Of a stretch of 64,000 nucleotides of DNA, positions 8,523-17,586 are shown piece after piece; position 1 is the stretch's first letter; the number at the start of each line of letters is the position of its first letter. The translations under genes and the position numbers were made by a program. The DNA is from a virus. The notes beneath the pieces were generated by a model, which saw nothing but the letters and a program-made list of their open reading frames with translations, was not told the origin of the DNA and did not search any database. The DNA lies in the UHGV virus genome UHGV-0343432. One strand, 5' to 3'.

Positions 8523-9869
8523 TTAGTTAACGAATGGATCTTCATTTGAGAATACCTGTACATTACCAATTACCCAACCAACTTGCTCACTCGGTTTTAA
8601 TATAGTGGCTACATTCACATAACTTACTACCACCTGATTTTTACCATCAACCTGACTTACTTTGTGAACTGGAAAATATAACTGATACTCAGTGTTACTG
8701 ATTTTAATTACCTGAGAACAATTCAAAGTATAAACTTGGCCACTTGAGTTAGCTGTTTTGGGATAAGTTAGAATGGTATTCCTAAGAACTTCTTCTAAAG
8801 TATACCCAGCTTGTGTTAGTATAGATATCCCACTAATAACTGTACCCCCAGAAGTACCTCTTTGACCAGCTCCAGTTACTGGATTACCATTTACCATAAA
8901 TATGGCTTGTATGGTTAATTTCCTTGAAAGGAGCATAGCACTACTCAATATTCTCCCTTGGTTTGCTGATAGTGGGGCTTGTTTATCAGATGAACCAAGG
9001 TGATCTACTACTATATTACCAGTTAAGACTGAGGTATTGTACCTTATTCCTCTCTCGACATACTCTAAACTCTTCTGATTGAAAGTAATGGATAAGTAAT
9101 ATGAGATACTGTTATAAACAACAGTTAATACTAATTCACCAGTTTCCCATGATTGAGGGTTATCTTTGAGGTTTGTGATAGTTATATTAACTGGTATATA
9201 TCCTCTTACATTATCTGAAGCCTTGATTAGGAATTGTGTTTCCCTTTTATTTAGTTCAGTAATCTCTTGTATAGTCCCAATCCTCTCATTAACAAAGACA
9301 GCCCAAGAAGCTACACTATCTTCCACCTCGTCATTGAACAGGTTATATAATGTATTTGGTAATACATGGACCTCACCACTACCTCCACCTATATCCGATA
9401 AGTAGGCTATTTGGTTTGCCTCTTCTCCAGTTTGACCAGCTTCTTGAACAGTTGGACGAACTCCCTTTGGAGTATTCAGGTTAATGGGTAATTCTGAAGT
9501 ACCCAGGTCAACCACATCCCACTCATTCACCATAGCAATGTTAACACTACCTAAACCCTCTTTCTTAGCCACTCCAGTGATGAGATCACCATTAGCCAAT
9601 TGAATGGCTTTACGATTTGGATGTTGTTCGTCCTTAGCTTCAACATATTTCACAACATCATCAGAGGTAGTGGCTATTTTACCGGTATCTTCGTACTCAC
9701 TAGTTTCGTTGTTATACACCCACCAATTGTCATTCTCTCCTATGATCGGAGATTTACCTGGTTGGCCTTTCACTATATTACCCATAGTGATTTGAGCAAA
9801 CACTCTCTCGTTTGTTACAACTGGGAAGAGATTGAGCTCTCCATTATATATTTCTAGCTTGCAAATCAT
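8523..9869 (-). CDS. hypothetical protein (possibly virion-associated)
   Basis: ORF track; 448 aa, no recognisable motif. Confidence 0.35.
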   Translation of the reverse strand: MICKLEIYNGELNLFPVVTNERVFAQITMGNIVKGQPGKSPIIGENDNWWVYNNETSEYEDTGKIATTSDDVVKYVEAKDEQHPNRKAIQLANGDLITGVAKKEGLGSVNIAMVNEWDVVDLGTSELPINLNTPKGVRPTVQEAGQTGEEANQIAYLSDIGGGSGEVHVLPNTLYNLFNDEVEDSVASWAVFVNERIGTIQEITELNKRETQFLIKASDNVRGYIPVNITITNLKDNPQSWETGELVLTVVYNSISYYLSITFNQKSLEYVERGIRYNTSVLTGNIVVDHLGSSDKQAPLSANQGRILSSAMLLSRKLTIQAIFMVNGNPVTGAGQRGTSGGTVISGISILTQAGYTLEEVLRNTILTYPKTANSSGQVYTLNCSQVIKISNTEYQLYFPVHKVSQVDGKNQVVVSYVNVATILKPSEQVGWVIGNVQVFSNEDPFVN

Positions 9870-9875
9870 ACTCGA

Positions 9876-10280
9876 TTATATTTTTCCAATTATTGCATAT
9901 TTTACTTCTAGAATATTGGTAAAAACCCCGATGATTGAGGTCTCAACATTCTCAGCTTCGGATACAGTCACCTGCATCACTTGGATGTCGTAAACTCCCT
10001 CCAGACCCTTGGTTTGGTCTGGGGTGAAGTTAATCAAGAGCTTGTTCTCTTTCACTTCCATCTGACCATACTGTAAATCTGGGTAATCAGGGATTGGGTC
10101 TAATATTAATGGCATGGGGTTCTGGTAAATGGCAACTACATCAGATCCTTGAGCCACTACGACTCTCATCACTTTATCTTCTAGGGTTACAGGAGTGATA
10201 CCGTCATCCTCGTACATCGCAAGGACTAATCCCACTGTCTCACCCGTGTAAATGGTGTGTTTTTGGTTACAACTGTTCAT
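9876..10280 (-). CDS. hypothetical protein
   Basis: ORF track. Confidence 0.35.
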   Translation of the reverse strand: MNSCNQKHTIYTGETVGLVLAMYEDDGITPVTLEDKVMRVVVAQGSDVVAIYQNPMPLILDPIPDYPDLQYGQMEVKENKLLINFTPDQTKGLEGVYDIQVMQVTVSEAENVETSIIGVFTNILEVKYAIIGKI

Positions 10281-10408
10281 GTTCGTTAATATTTTAGTTT
10301 ATATAATGATACATCAAGGTCTGGTTTGATACTACGGAACAAATTTGAGCTATAACCATGAAACCCGTGCACTTACTTCCCACTAATAGATATAAATAAA
10401 AATCAGAG

Positions 10409-10666
10409 ATGAAGAAACTTTATATTTATAAATTCAAGGATGAATACGGTTACGTATATGTATGGATATCACCAAAAAAGTTACACCTTCTGAAAGACAG
10501 GAAGACTCTGGCACAACCAGATCTTTACGTGTCATTCACCATGAATTTTATGAAATTTATTAACCTTACCAAGTTAAGGGTTCGAGTACCTCTCAATAGA
10601 ATTACTCAAGTAGAGGTCACTAAAGAGATTTGGGAAACATTAAAATCTAAGAAGTATGAATATTAA
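10409..10666 (+). CDS. hypothetical protein
   Basis: ORF track; leader AAAATCAGAGATG shared with gene at 53859. Confidence 0.3.
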   Translation: MKKLYIYKFKDEYGYVYVWISPKKLHLLKDRKTLAQPDLYVSFTMNFMKFINLTKLRVRVPLNRITQVEVTKEIWETLKSKKYEY

Positions 10667-11048
10667 AGTATTAATCCGGTACGTTGAGATTGACAACAAC
10701 GGAAACCTCACATTCAGGAAAAAGCCCAAGTGTGAGTTTAACCAAATGAAGGTTATAGTTTTAACTGCAAGACATCCTCTCTTCGGGAGAACAGTACTGC
10801 AGTTGGAGAACGGGCAACTCATTTTCAAGTATAACGATGAAGCTTGGGCTTTCCTAAGTCAGGTATCTAGTAAATACTTTGCAGTTAAAAGAGTATTTTC
10901 TAATTGTAGATATAACTATTATCTAGTTTCTCGTTACTCGAAGAGTATACCATCGTATAAGAACAGTTTTATTAAAGAGTGCAGGTATATGGATATACCG
11001 AACACACCAGGTTGGAATGATCATTTTGTAGAGTCATGGAAGGAATAA
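10656..11048 (+). CDS. hypothetical protein
   Basis: ORF track. Confidence 0.3.
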   Translation: MNIKVLIRYVEIDNNGNLTFRKKPKCEFNQMKVIVLTARHPLFGRTVLQLENGQLIFKYNDEAWAFLSQVSSKYFAVKRVFSNCRYNYYLVSRYSKSIPSYKNSFIKECRYMDIPNTPGWNDHFVESWKE

Positions 11049-11437
11049 CAAACAACCAAGCCAATCAATTGGCAGAAGAAGCCCTGGCTAAGGCTAGGAT
11101 AGATAACCAAATCAGGTTTAAGAATACCCTGTATTTAATCAATGCAGAAATCAAAACCTCTGCTGAGAAAGGTTACAAGGTATTAGACAAGACATTACCG
11201 GGTTATCAGGTAGATTACGTTGAAATTGACAGGTTAAGGGATAACCTAAAGAAAAGGGGATTCAAGGTAAAGGTAGAATACGAGGTTGATGGAGCACCAC
11301 ACTGGAACCTAACCATATCTTGGGATAAACCTAAGAAAGAGGTACAAACCAAAACCTGGGTGAACCTGATAATTCTCCTAGTAGCGTTAACGTTGATATT
11401 TTACTTCATAAAGATAATGGTATGGTGGATGAGATAA
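11036..11437 (+). CDS. hypothetical protein with C-terminal TM anchor
   Basis: WVNLIILLVALTLIFYFIKIMVWW. Confidence 0.35.
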   Translation: MEGITNNQANQLAEEALAKARIDNQIRFKNTLYLINAEIKTSAEKGYKVLDKTLPGYQVDYVEIDRLRDNLKKRGFKVKVEYEVDGAPHWNLTISWDKPKKEVQTKTWVNLIILLVALTLIFYFIKIMVWWMR

Positions 11438-11621
11438 AGAAAGTGATAGAGGAATACATGAACTGGTTATATCCTCAACCAGTAGAAGTCCTGGACATAA
11501 AAGATTTCAGGGACTATAGTACCAGCTTTGTTCTGGGGAACCATCTTCTACTTTTGTTGGGAAGATATGGGTATCTTTAAGAAGGTTTTGGCTTTTGTTG
11601 TTTTAGTAACCCTCTCCGTGG

Positions 11622-11864
11622 GTGGTTACTACCTTAGTGATCTTTATGATGACGATTATTATGATGGATGTATCTGATAGAACTTTAGGTGGGATTATAG
11701 GGGCAATCATATTCTCAGCCATGATATTCTTTTCTTCTATTGTTTATGGGGATATCAGTAATTATGATTGGATTTCATGGTTGGTATATTCTTTGGTTCA
11801 ACTGGTAGTAGGAGGGATAGGTTATGGGATTGGGTGTATATTTGGGGAGGATTGGAGGGAGTAG
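11622..11864 (+). CDS. small membrane protein
   Basis: hydrophobic throughout, Gly-rich C-terminal helix. Confidence 0.35.
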   Translation: MVTTLVIFMMTIIMMDVSDRTLGGIIGAIIFSAMIFFSSIVYGDISNYDWISWLVYSLVQLVVGGIGYGIGCIFGEDWRE

Positions 11865-12107
11865 CCTGGTTTGTGGGCTGTAATTTTTGGTGGAAATTTT
11901 TTGTGGGGAAGAGGGTTTAGGCCCTCTTTTTCGTATGTAATTTGGGGAGGGGAGGGGATGGTATCCTTGAATCCTAATCCTTGTCAGGCTGTGGCAATCA
12001 TTATTTCAGGGACTTGGGGAAGTGGTAGCTGTAGTGAATCCTCATTTGTAGGATTCGGTGGGGGCGTAGCTGTAAGGGAGGGGGACGGTAGGATATATTT
12101 AAAAAAT

Positions 12108-12150
12108 AAGTGTTAATTTTTTAGGGGACAAATTAACACTTATCGTTTTT
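12108..12150. terminator. strong bidirectional rho-independent terminator
   Basis: perfect 12-bp stem TAAGTGTTAATT/AATTAACACTTA, 11-nt loop, followed by TCGTTTTTGTCTATTTG; A-run upstream serves minus strand. Confidence 0.6.
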
Positions 12151-12152
12151 GT

Positions 12153-12389
12153 CTATTTGTTTGAAATCATATCGAAATAAACACTTTTTGCATTTTTCAC
12201 GCATTCTTCTAAATCAAGTAGATTATTTTCGATGTCATTCAATAATGAAATACGAGTAACGTTTTTATTTTTTATCTTTCTTAAATCGTCTATGATTAAG
12301 TTAGATAACCCTTTTGATAAAAATAATTGAGATGCAATTTCTTTTATTTTATTTGAATCCATTTTTAAAATGCATTTAAGATGAAACAA
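12153..12389 (-). CDS. hypothetical protein (AT-rich island)
   Basis: ORF track; ~25% GC context. Confidence 0.3.
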   Translation of the reverse strand: MFHLKCILKMDSNKIKEIASQLFLSKGLSNLIIDDLRKIKNKNVTRISLLNDIENNLLDLEECVKNAKSVYFDMISNK

Positions 12390-12540
12390 TCTAATTTTCT
12401 TTTGAAAATTTTTTCGTACAAATATTTTTTAACTCTTAAAATCTTTTTCGCCATTCTTGAATTAAATTTAAAATGAAAATTATAAATAAGAGTGCAACAA
12501 ATATACTAGCAATAATATTTATCATTGTAGATTAATTTAA

Positions 12541-13020
12541 AAAACGGGTGATAAAATAAACGTTCTTTACTTATTCACTTGTTTGAAATTCTTAGATTTC
12601 GCAGTCTGCAATTTTGCAAACAATTTTTTTACGCTTTCTTCTTTGTCAAGGGTTTTAGCGTTATACAACTCTTTTGCGCTGTTATACTCTCCTTGTACTG
12701 CAATTATCGTATCATGCAATTCTTTTAACTCTACCATTGTCAATTTGTCTACATTTTCTGCAAATCGAATAATCAACTTTTGGTAGACTTTTCTTACTTC
12801 TTTCTTTTCGTCTGACTTTGACGAAAGTAAGTTTAAATTTTTCGGTGCTTCTTTTTCAAGAAGTTCATACAGTTTTTCGTAGTTCAATTTACCTCTATTA
12901 TTAGAGCGATTTACTACACTTTCAGAAAATGATTTTAATAAACTCATAATTCAAAAATTTTAAATGTTACTAATATGAATTTTATCACCCGTTTTTTGTT
13001 CAGACTTTCAAAGAACGTTT
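12541..13020. repeat. pair of perfect inverted repeats (17-mer AAAACGGGTGATAAAAT at 12541-12557 / 12979-12995; 11-mer AAACGTTCTTT at 12558-12568 / 13010-13020) bracketing ORF 12567..12947
   Basis: read directly from sequence. Confidence 0.7.
12567..12947 (-). CDS. hypothetical coiled-coil protein flanked by inverted repeats
   Basis: ORF track; K/E-rich helical. Confidence 0.35.
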   Translation of the reverse strand: MSLLKSFSESVVNRSNNRGKLNYEKLYELLEKEAPKNLNLLSSKSDEKKEVRKVYQKLIIRFAENVDKLTMVELKELHDTIIAVQGEYNSAKELYNAKTLDKEESVKKLFAKLQTAKSKNFKQVNK

Positions 13021-13158
13021 TTGTTGAATCATTTCAACAATACAAATGTATGAAATATTTTTGAACTACAAAAATAATTGCAAGAAAAAACACGAAAAAA
13101 TTCAACAAAAAATTCTTTTTATTTTCTTTCTAAATTAATATTTTCATGAAAAATTTTT

Positions 13159-13227
13159 GTCAAAAAATTTGCGAATGTCAAAAACATTTCGTACTTTATA
13201 CAGACACCCATAATATTATGTCAAAAA
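13159..13227. repeat. three TGTCAAAAA(n)TTT iteron-like repeats in AT-rich non-coding DNA
   Basis: copies at 13159, 13176, 13219. Confidence 0.55.
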
Positions 13228-13267
13228 TTTAATTTCCCGCCTTCCTTACCCTATCCATAATCCCAAT

Positions 13268-13287
13268 CTGGCTCTGGCTCTGGCTCC
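13268..13287. repeat. (GGCTCT)3 microsatellite in pyrimidine-rich non-coding island
   Basis: CTGGCTCTGGCTCTGGCTCC. Confidence 0.6.
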
Positions 13288-13661
13288 CATCTCACAGCTC
13301 CTGGTCCTGAATCTCCTACCCATATCCATGAAGCCAGCTCGCCTTCGTTGCCCAACCCATTCAATATATCCCAATGGCTCTCACTTTTCAGCTCTCATGT
13401 TAACATCCAATGAGGCCTAAGGATATCAGAGATTTATGGCCCTAATATCCTAGATTTCAGGGTAATCTAGCATTTTCTTTTATGATTTCATGTAAATATT
13501 CTCATAGAATGAGCTTTTTTCTTCTAGAAATTCATTCTGGCTTTCCTAAACGAGCCAAATTATCACTTTCAATTGGTCTATCTTTTAGCTATCTGAAACA
13601 ACAAAATGAGAGTGACCCATACAGCCACTCTCATTATACAGCTCTTACAGCCTATACAGCG

Positions 13662-14021
13662 TTAATCTAAGTTATATACTAACGTAGCCCAGAACCCGTA
13701 ATCTGTATCGTAGATGTTCAGGCTCATACCCGCATCATCGATAGTGTATACAGTACAGCCATTACCCAGCTCATTCTTTATGAGCCCTTGCCCTACTGAT
13801 TTCTCAACTTCCATAACGATGGTATCCTTCACCTGCTGAGTATATTTCTCAGGCTCGAAATCACCACCATCATCTATTGTGTTCTGTCCTACCTGTATAC
13901 AGATGCTTTGTATCTCAGAAGCATCTCCACTTGCCAATGCTTGAAAACTGTTGCTGATGTACAGGTTCTCAGCTCCTTTAATTGCCTTGTTTGCGATCTC
14001 TACTAAATTCGTTCTTTCCAT
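13662..14021 (-). CDS. hypothetical early protein
   Basis: ORF track. Confidence 0.35.
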   Translation of the reverse strand: MERTNLVEIANKAIKGAENLYISNSFQALASGDASEIQSICIQVGQNTIDDGGDFEPEKYTQQVKDTIVMEVEKSVGQGLIKNELGNGCTVYTIDDAGMSLNIYDTDYGFWATLVYNLD

Positions 14022-14059
14022 ATCTTAAATGTTGTGGCCCCGAAGGGCCATGTTTAACT

Positions 14060-14563
14060 TTAGTTCTTGTTCTCCAACATTTTTATTACCTGATATCCGA
14101 CCTTAGCCTGGATGGAATCCCTCTTGTAATCGTCAAAGTTCTCATAATGGCTGTACTCTTCCTGGCCCATATCCTTGATGGCTTTGTTGATCCTATCCAC
14201 GAAGGGCTGGATCTCAATCTCGGGGGATACCTGGTGTAATACCTGGAAATACTGGCTAACGAGGTCTGGGATATAATCCATCACTTCATCATCCCCACTG
14301 GCATTCTCGATCCTTTCTGCAACCCAGTATCCCATATAATCGACCTGGACCTTGACATCATCGGTTGTGGTTGTACCAACCCATATCGAATCAACCATAG
14401 ATCCGAACTCATCCATGATGGGCTCTAATTCTGGGTAGTCGTTGGGGTCATAAACCTTCTGGGCCCCTAACTTGGGAACTACGGTTAATATCTCGTATTC
14501 TCCGGTGTAACTTGCGGTGATTAACTTAATTTCCTTTGCCTGGTTTTCTGTTCTCTTCTCCAT
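14060..14563 (-). CDS. hypothetical early protein (paralog of 17576..18169)
   Basis: shared GDDxxxDY(I/V)PD...Q motif block with 17576..18169. Confidence 0.4.
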   Translation of the reverse strand: MEKRTENQAKEIKLITASYTGEYEILTVVPKLGAQKVYDPNDYPELEPIMDEFGSMVDSIWVGTTTTDDVKVQVDYMGYWVAERIENASGDDEVMDYIPDLVSQYFQVLHQVSPEIEIQPFVDRINKAIKDMGQEEYSHYENFDDYKRDSIQAKVGYQVIKMLENKN

Positions 14564-14594
14564 AATTTTAAATATTAAATTTTATTGCATTATT

Positions 14595-14640
14595 GCATTG
14601 CAAATATAATAATCCTGAATTGCTGATGCAAATCCTTATT
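14595..14640 (-). promoter_or_regulatory. conserved early promoter copy 1 (GGATTTGCA -33 / TATATTTGCA -7 on minus strand)
   Basis: matches Bacteroidota sigma-A consensus TTTG-N19-21-TAnnTTTG; ~30 nt upstream of start 14563. Confidence 0.55.
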
Positions 14641-14676
14641 ATCCCCATTAACCCACTTCAACCAAGGCCGTAAATT

Positions 14677-14702
14677 AGGATAGGGCTGAAGGCCTCTATC
14701 CT
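14677..14702. other. GC-rich stem-loop AGGATAG-ggctgaaggcct-CTATCCT in non-coding island
   Basis: seen in sequence. Confidence 0.35.
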
Positions 14703-14774
14703 CCTTGGCTAAGGTTCTTGAACCCGCTTTCCTTGCCTTGACCTTGAATCCTAATCCTATCACTACCACCCTGG

Positions 14775-14827
14775 CCCAAACACAAAAAGTTCTCCCTTTT
14801 TACTAAGAGTAATTCTAAGGGAGAACG
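14775..14827 (-). terminator. rho-independent terminator after 518-aa gene
   Basis: GTTCTCCCTT-18nt loop-AAGGGAGAAC, minus-strand tail TTTTTGTGTTTGG. Confidence 0.6.
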
Positions 14828-14908
14828 AGTGAGAGGGCTGAGACGGATTCGTGGGCTGTGGTTTGTTTTGGCCTTGGTTTTGGGATATGGCTCTGAGGGC
14901 CCTAGATC

Positions 14909-16465
14909 CTAATCCCTGTTGGGTAGTGAGTCATCCTCTGCCACATTGAGGCTTCTTCTGGCCAGGCTGTTCAGGTGTCTTTGGGCCTTCTTTTCCTTAG
15001 CTTTTAGAGGCTCTACTGTATCACCATAATTGTGTTTCCTTTTCTTCTTTGGTGATAGGGATTTAGGGCCTTTATTCCCTGATACAGGAATAGGATTTGA
15101 GGCTATTTGAGGCTTGGGATCTTGGTCCTTTGGGCCTTCAAGGCTATCCTGGCCTTTACTGTCATAGAGCCTCAGGCTCCCATTTCCCATCCCCAAAAAT
15201 TGCTCGCCGGTCATCCCTGATCCTGGTCCTTGATCTGATACGGAATCAGAACCTGAAAGGTTCGATACACGCCTATTGTGGGCTTGCCCACAATTTACAG
15301 AATCCTGACTATCCTTACAGCCAGATCCTAATCCATCATTACAGCCTTGATCGGATACTGAATCGTAATCCTGTAAAGGAATCCCATTACCTAAACCCAT
15401 ACTAATACTCTCTTTAGTATTACTTATAGAATTACTCTTAGAAAGAGTGGTAGAAGTTCTTGAATTGTTTTGTTTTGTGGGGCTGTCTGATTCAGGGATA
15501 GGGATATCCCCTTCATCGTTGTCCTCGTCTGAGCCTTGATCCTGTTTTATGTTCTCTTTTTTACTTAATGCTTTTTGAAGGGTGAGGATTCTGTCGTTTA
15601 GTCTTTGTCTTATTGTTGGGTCTTCTTCTTGGTTTAGTTGTTCTTGGAGTGTGGGTATATCTTCTTCTATCCAGTCTACATCTTGAATGATTTCTTTTCT
15701 TCTTTTGTTTTTTGAGGTTGCGATTGAGTTGTCGATGTGGTCGTATCGATGAAGGATATCTAGGGATATATCTTCTCCTTGTTCTATTTGGAGGAGCTGG
15801 GCTTTATCTAGGATTTTAGCCTGTTTTATGTTATCTGTTTGTATTTCTTTGGGTTGGGAGGTTTGAACTATCTTGTAGGCTTCCTCTACCGTCAGGGTTT
15901 GGGATTGGTTGTTGTTCTGGATTTGGTTGTTGATGTTGATGGTAGATCCTGACTGATAGAAGGTCCTGAATATCTCAGCCACTTGTTTGTTGGATTGTAG
16001 TAATGTGGATAGTAGCCTTGATATTTCTCCTGATATGAATGGCATATACTTTTCTCCTTGGGATTTCATCAGGATTTCTAGTTGGTGTTGTACAGTTCCT
16101 CTATCCTGAATAGCCCATAGAGTACTCATGTTAGCTAATGCTGCAGCGGTGTCGGATAGCTTTTTGGGGTCTTTGAAGGCTTCTAAAGTATGGCTTGTTC
16201 CTAGCATTGCAGATTGAATTGTTTCTACTTTTGTTTTGAGTAGGGTTGCTAATTGTGGGATTGAAAGTGTCCTATCATTTATCCTGAACCCTGACATTGT
16301 GTAGATGTTTACTATGTGGGAAATTAGCTTTTCCTTTCTCTGTTTTCTTAGTTTTTTACTCTTGGCTTTGTTCATTTGTTGAGCCAGGATTGTTACCCCA
16401 GTGGGTCTGGGCATTCTTTCGATTGTGTTCATTTTGTGTCCTATTTTTACTGTTTTCGTAATCAC
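14909..16465 (-). CDS. hypothetical protein with long low-complexity/repeat-containing C-terminal half
   Basis: ORF track; repeated SVSDQG/GSG segments, Q/N/S-rich. Confidence 0.4.
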   Translation of the reverse strand: MITKTVKIGHKMNTIERMPRPTGVTILAQQMNKAKSKKLRKQRKEKLISHIVNIYTMSGFRINDRTLSIPQLATLLKTKVETIQSAMLGTSHTLEAFKDPKKLSDTAAALANMSTLWAIQDRGTVQHQLEILMKSQGEKYMPFISGEISRLLSTLLQSNKQVAEIFRTFYQSGSTININNQIQNNNQSQTLTVEEAYKIVQTSQPKEIQTDNIKQAKILDKAQLLQIEQGEDISLDILHRYDHIDNSIATSKNKRRKEIIQDVDWIEEDIPTLQEQLNQEEDPTIRQRLNDRILTLQKALSKKENIKQDQGSDEDNDEGDIPIPESDSPTKQNNSRTSTTLSKSNSISNTKESISMGLGNGIPLQDYDSVSDQGCNDGLGSGCKDSQDSVNCGQAHNRRVSNLSGSDSVSDQGPGSGMTGEQFLGMGNGSLRLYDSKGQDSLEGPKDQDPKPQIASNPIPVSGNKGPKSLSPKKKRKHNYGDTVEPLKAKEKKAQRHLNSLARRSLNVAEDDSLPNRD

Positions 16466-16616
16466 TTATATAGATACTGGAAAACCGGGTCTAAGCTTTG
16501 GTTTTGGTGTAAATGCTATAATTCTTGGTAAGAGATTATCTATTAACTAGAAACACAAAAAGAAAGAGCCAAACCTTTCAATTTGACCCTTTCCAGCTTA
16601 ATTTAAATTATGGAGT

Positions 16617-16823
16617 TTACTGATTTTTCTCTTTAATAGCTTTCTTCAACCTTTCTAAGTCGGTTCTTTTTGGGCATTCTGCATTCTTGGTTTTATCTAT
16701 CAAGGTCATATCATTGATAGTGGCTGCCCAGATCTTCCCGGTATTCGGTGACGTGTAGGTTACTCTGTACTGCCCATACCCTACAAATACGAATGTGAAG
16801 TGACATAATCTTATCGGTGCCAT
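16617..16823 (-). CDS. hypothetical small protein
   Basis: ORF track. Confidence 0.3.
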   Translation of the reverse strand: MAPIRLCHFTFVFVGYGQYRVTYTSPNTGKIWAATINDMTLIDKTKNAECPKRTDLERLKKAIKEKNQ

Positions 16824-16824
16824 G

Positions 16825-17040
16825 TTATTTAGCTTTTCTTTGTTTCTTACTCAATTTCTTTTTACCTTTCCAAGGTTTTGGTGGTTTCCCGGCAGATACC
16901 AGTGGTGTACTGTTCCCTGAATAGCCTACGTTCTCATTATTTAGCCTTGGCTCAGATGTGTGGTAAAACCTGTTTTGTCCTGCTTCTAGGCTATTTACTA
17001 ATAGCATTGTCCCAGCTAAGGTTCTCATTAAATTACTCAT
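16825..17040 (-). CDS. hypothetical small basic protein
   Basis: lysine-rich C-terminus KPPKPWKGKKKLSKKQRKAK. Confidence 0.3.
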   Translation of the reverse strand: MSNLMRTLAGTMLLVNSLEAGQNRFYHTSEPRLNNENVGYSGNSTPLVSAGKPPKPWKGKKKLSKKQRKAK

Positions 17041-17043
17041 GGC

Positions 17044-17289
17044 TTAGGCAATTACGATATTCTCGATAGGGGCTATGTCATAGGTAATGTCATCATCCCC
17101 ATCCCGTTCAAATGTGATATTCTCTTGGTCAATATCCACTGATATGGCAGTTACCATTCCGAGAGATCCATAGTTTAGGGATATCTCAGCTTCTTCTCCT
17201 ATTTGGTTGAAGCCCCATTCAACCGTTTCAAGTATCTCAATCTTATCCTCGGTTGATTTTCCTTTTAGATTCAAGTATAATGTTTCCAT
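17044..17289 (-). CDS. hypothetical acidic early protein
   Basis: ORF track. Confidence 0.35.
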   Translation of the reverse strand: METLYLNLKGKSTEDKIEILETVEWGFNQIGEEAEISLNYGSLGMVTAISVDIDQENITFERDGDDDITYDIAPIENIVIA

Positions 17290-17292
17290 AAC

Positions 17293-17586
17293 TTAATGAA
17301 TTATCTCAACTGTTTCTATACAACTTACTAGAAAATGGCTTATTTTGTTATCTGGACAACCTTCTTCATCTTCTTCAAATTGCTCAATTTGGAGTTTCTC
17401 GAGGTCATCTTTGGGATCTTTGATTAAATCAAGGCCAATGACGTTGTCGTATTCCAACCCATTTATTATTAGGGTTACATACTCTACCTCTGTATCTATA
17501 TTATCAAAACCCCAAATAAGGAGAGCTAGGAACTCTAGTTTATATCCTAGAGCCCTATCTTTTAAATCTATTTTCTTACTTCCCAT
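17293..17586 (-). CDS. hypothetical acidic early protein
   Basis: ORF track. Confidence 0.35.
   Translation of the reverse strand: MGSKKIDLKDRALGYKLEFLALLIWGFDNIDTEVEYVTLIINGLEYDNVIGLDLIKDPKDDLEKLQIEQFEEDEEGCPDNKISHFLVSCIETVEIIH

Noticed and set aside
11871-12116. 81-aa Gly/Trp-rich ORF
   Set aside because: Its composition is driven by G-run DNA (G-quadruplex-like). It is probably non-coding and is reported as a finding instead.
15097-15405. Plus-strand 102-aa ORF
   Set aside because: Fully embedded antisense within the 518-aa minus-strand gene, in the GC-rich low-complexity part.
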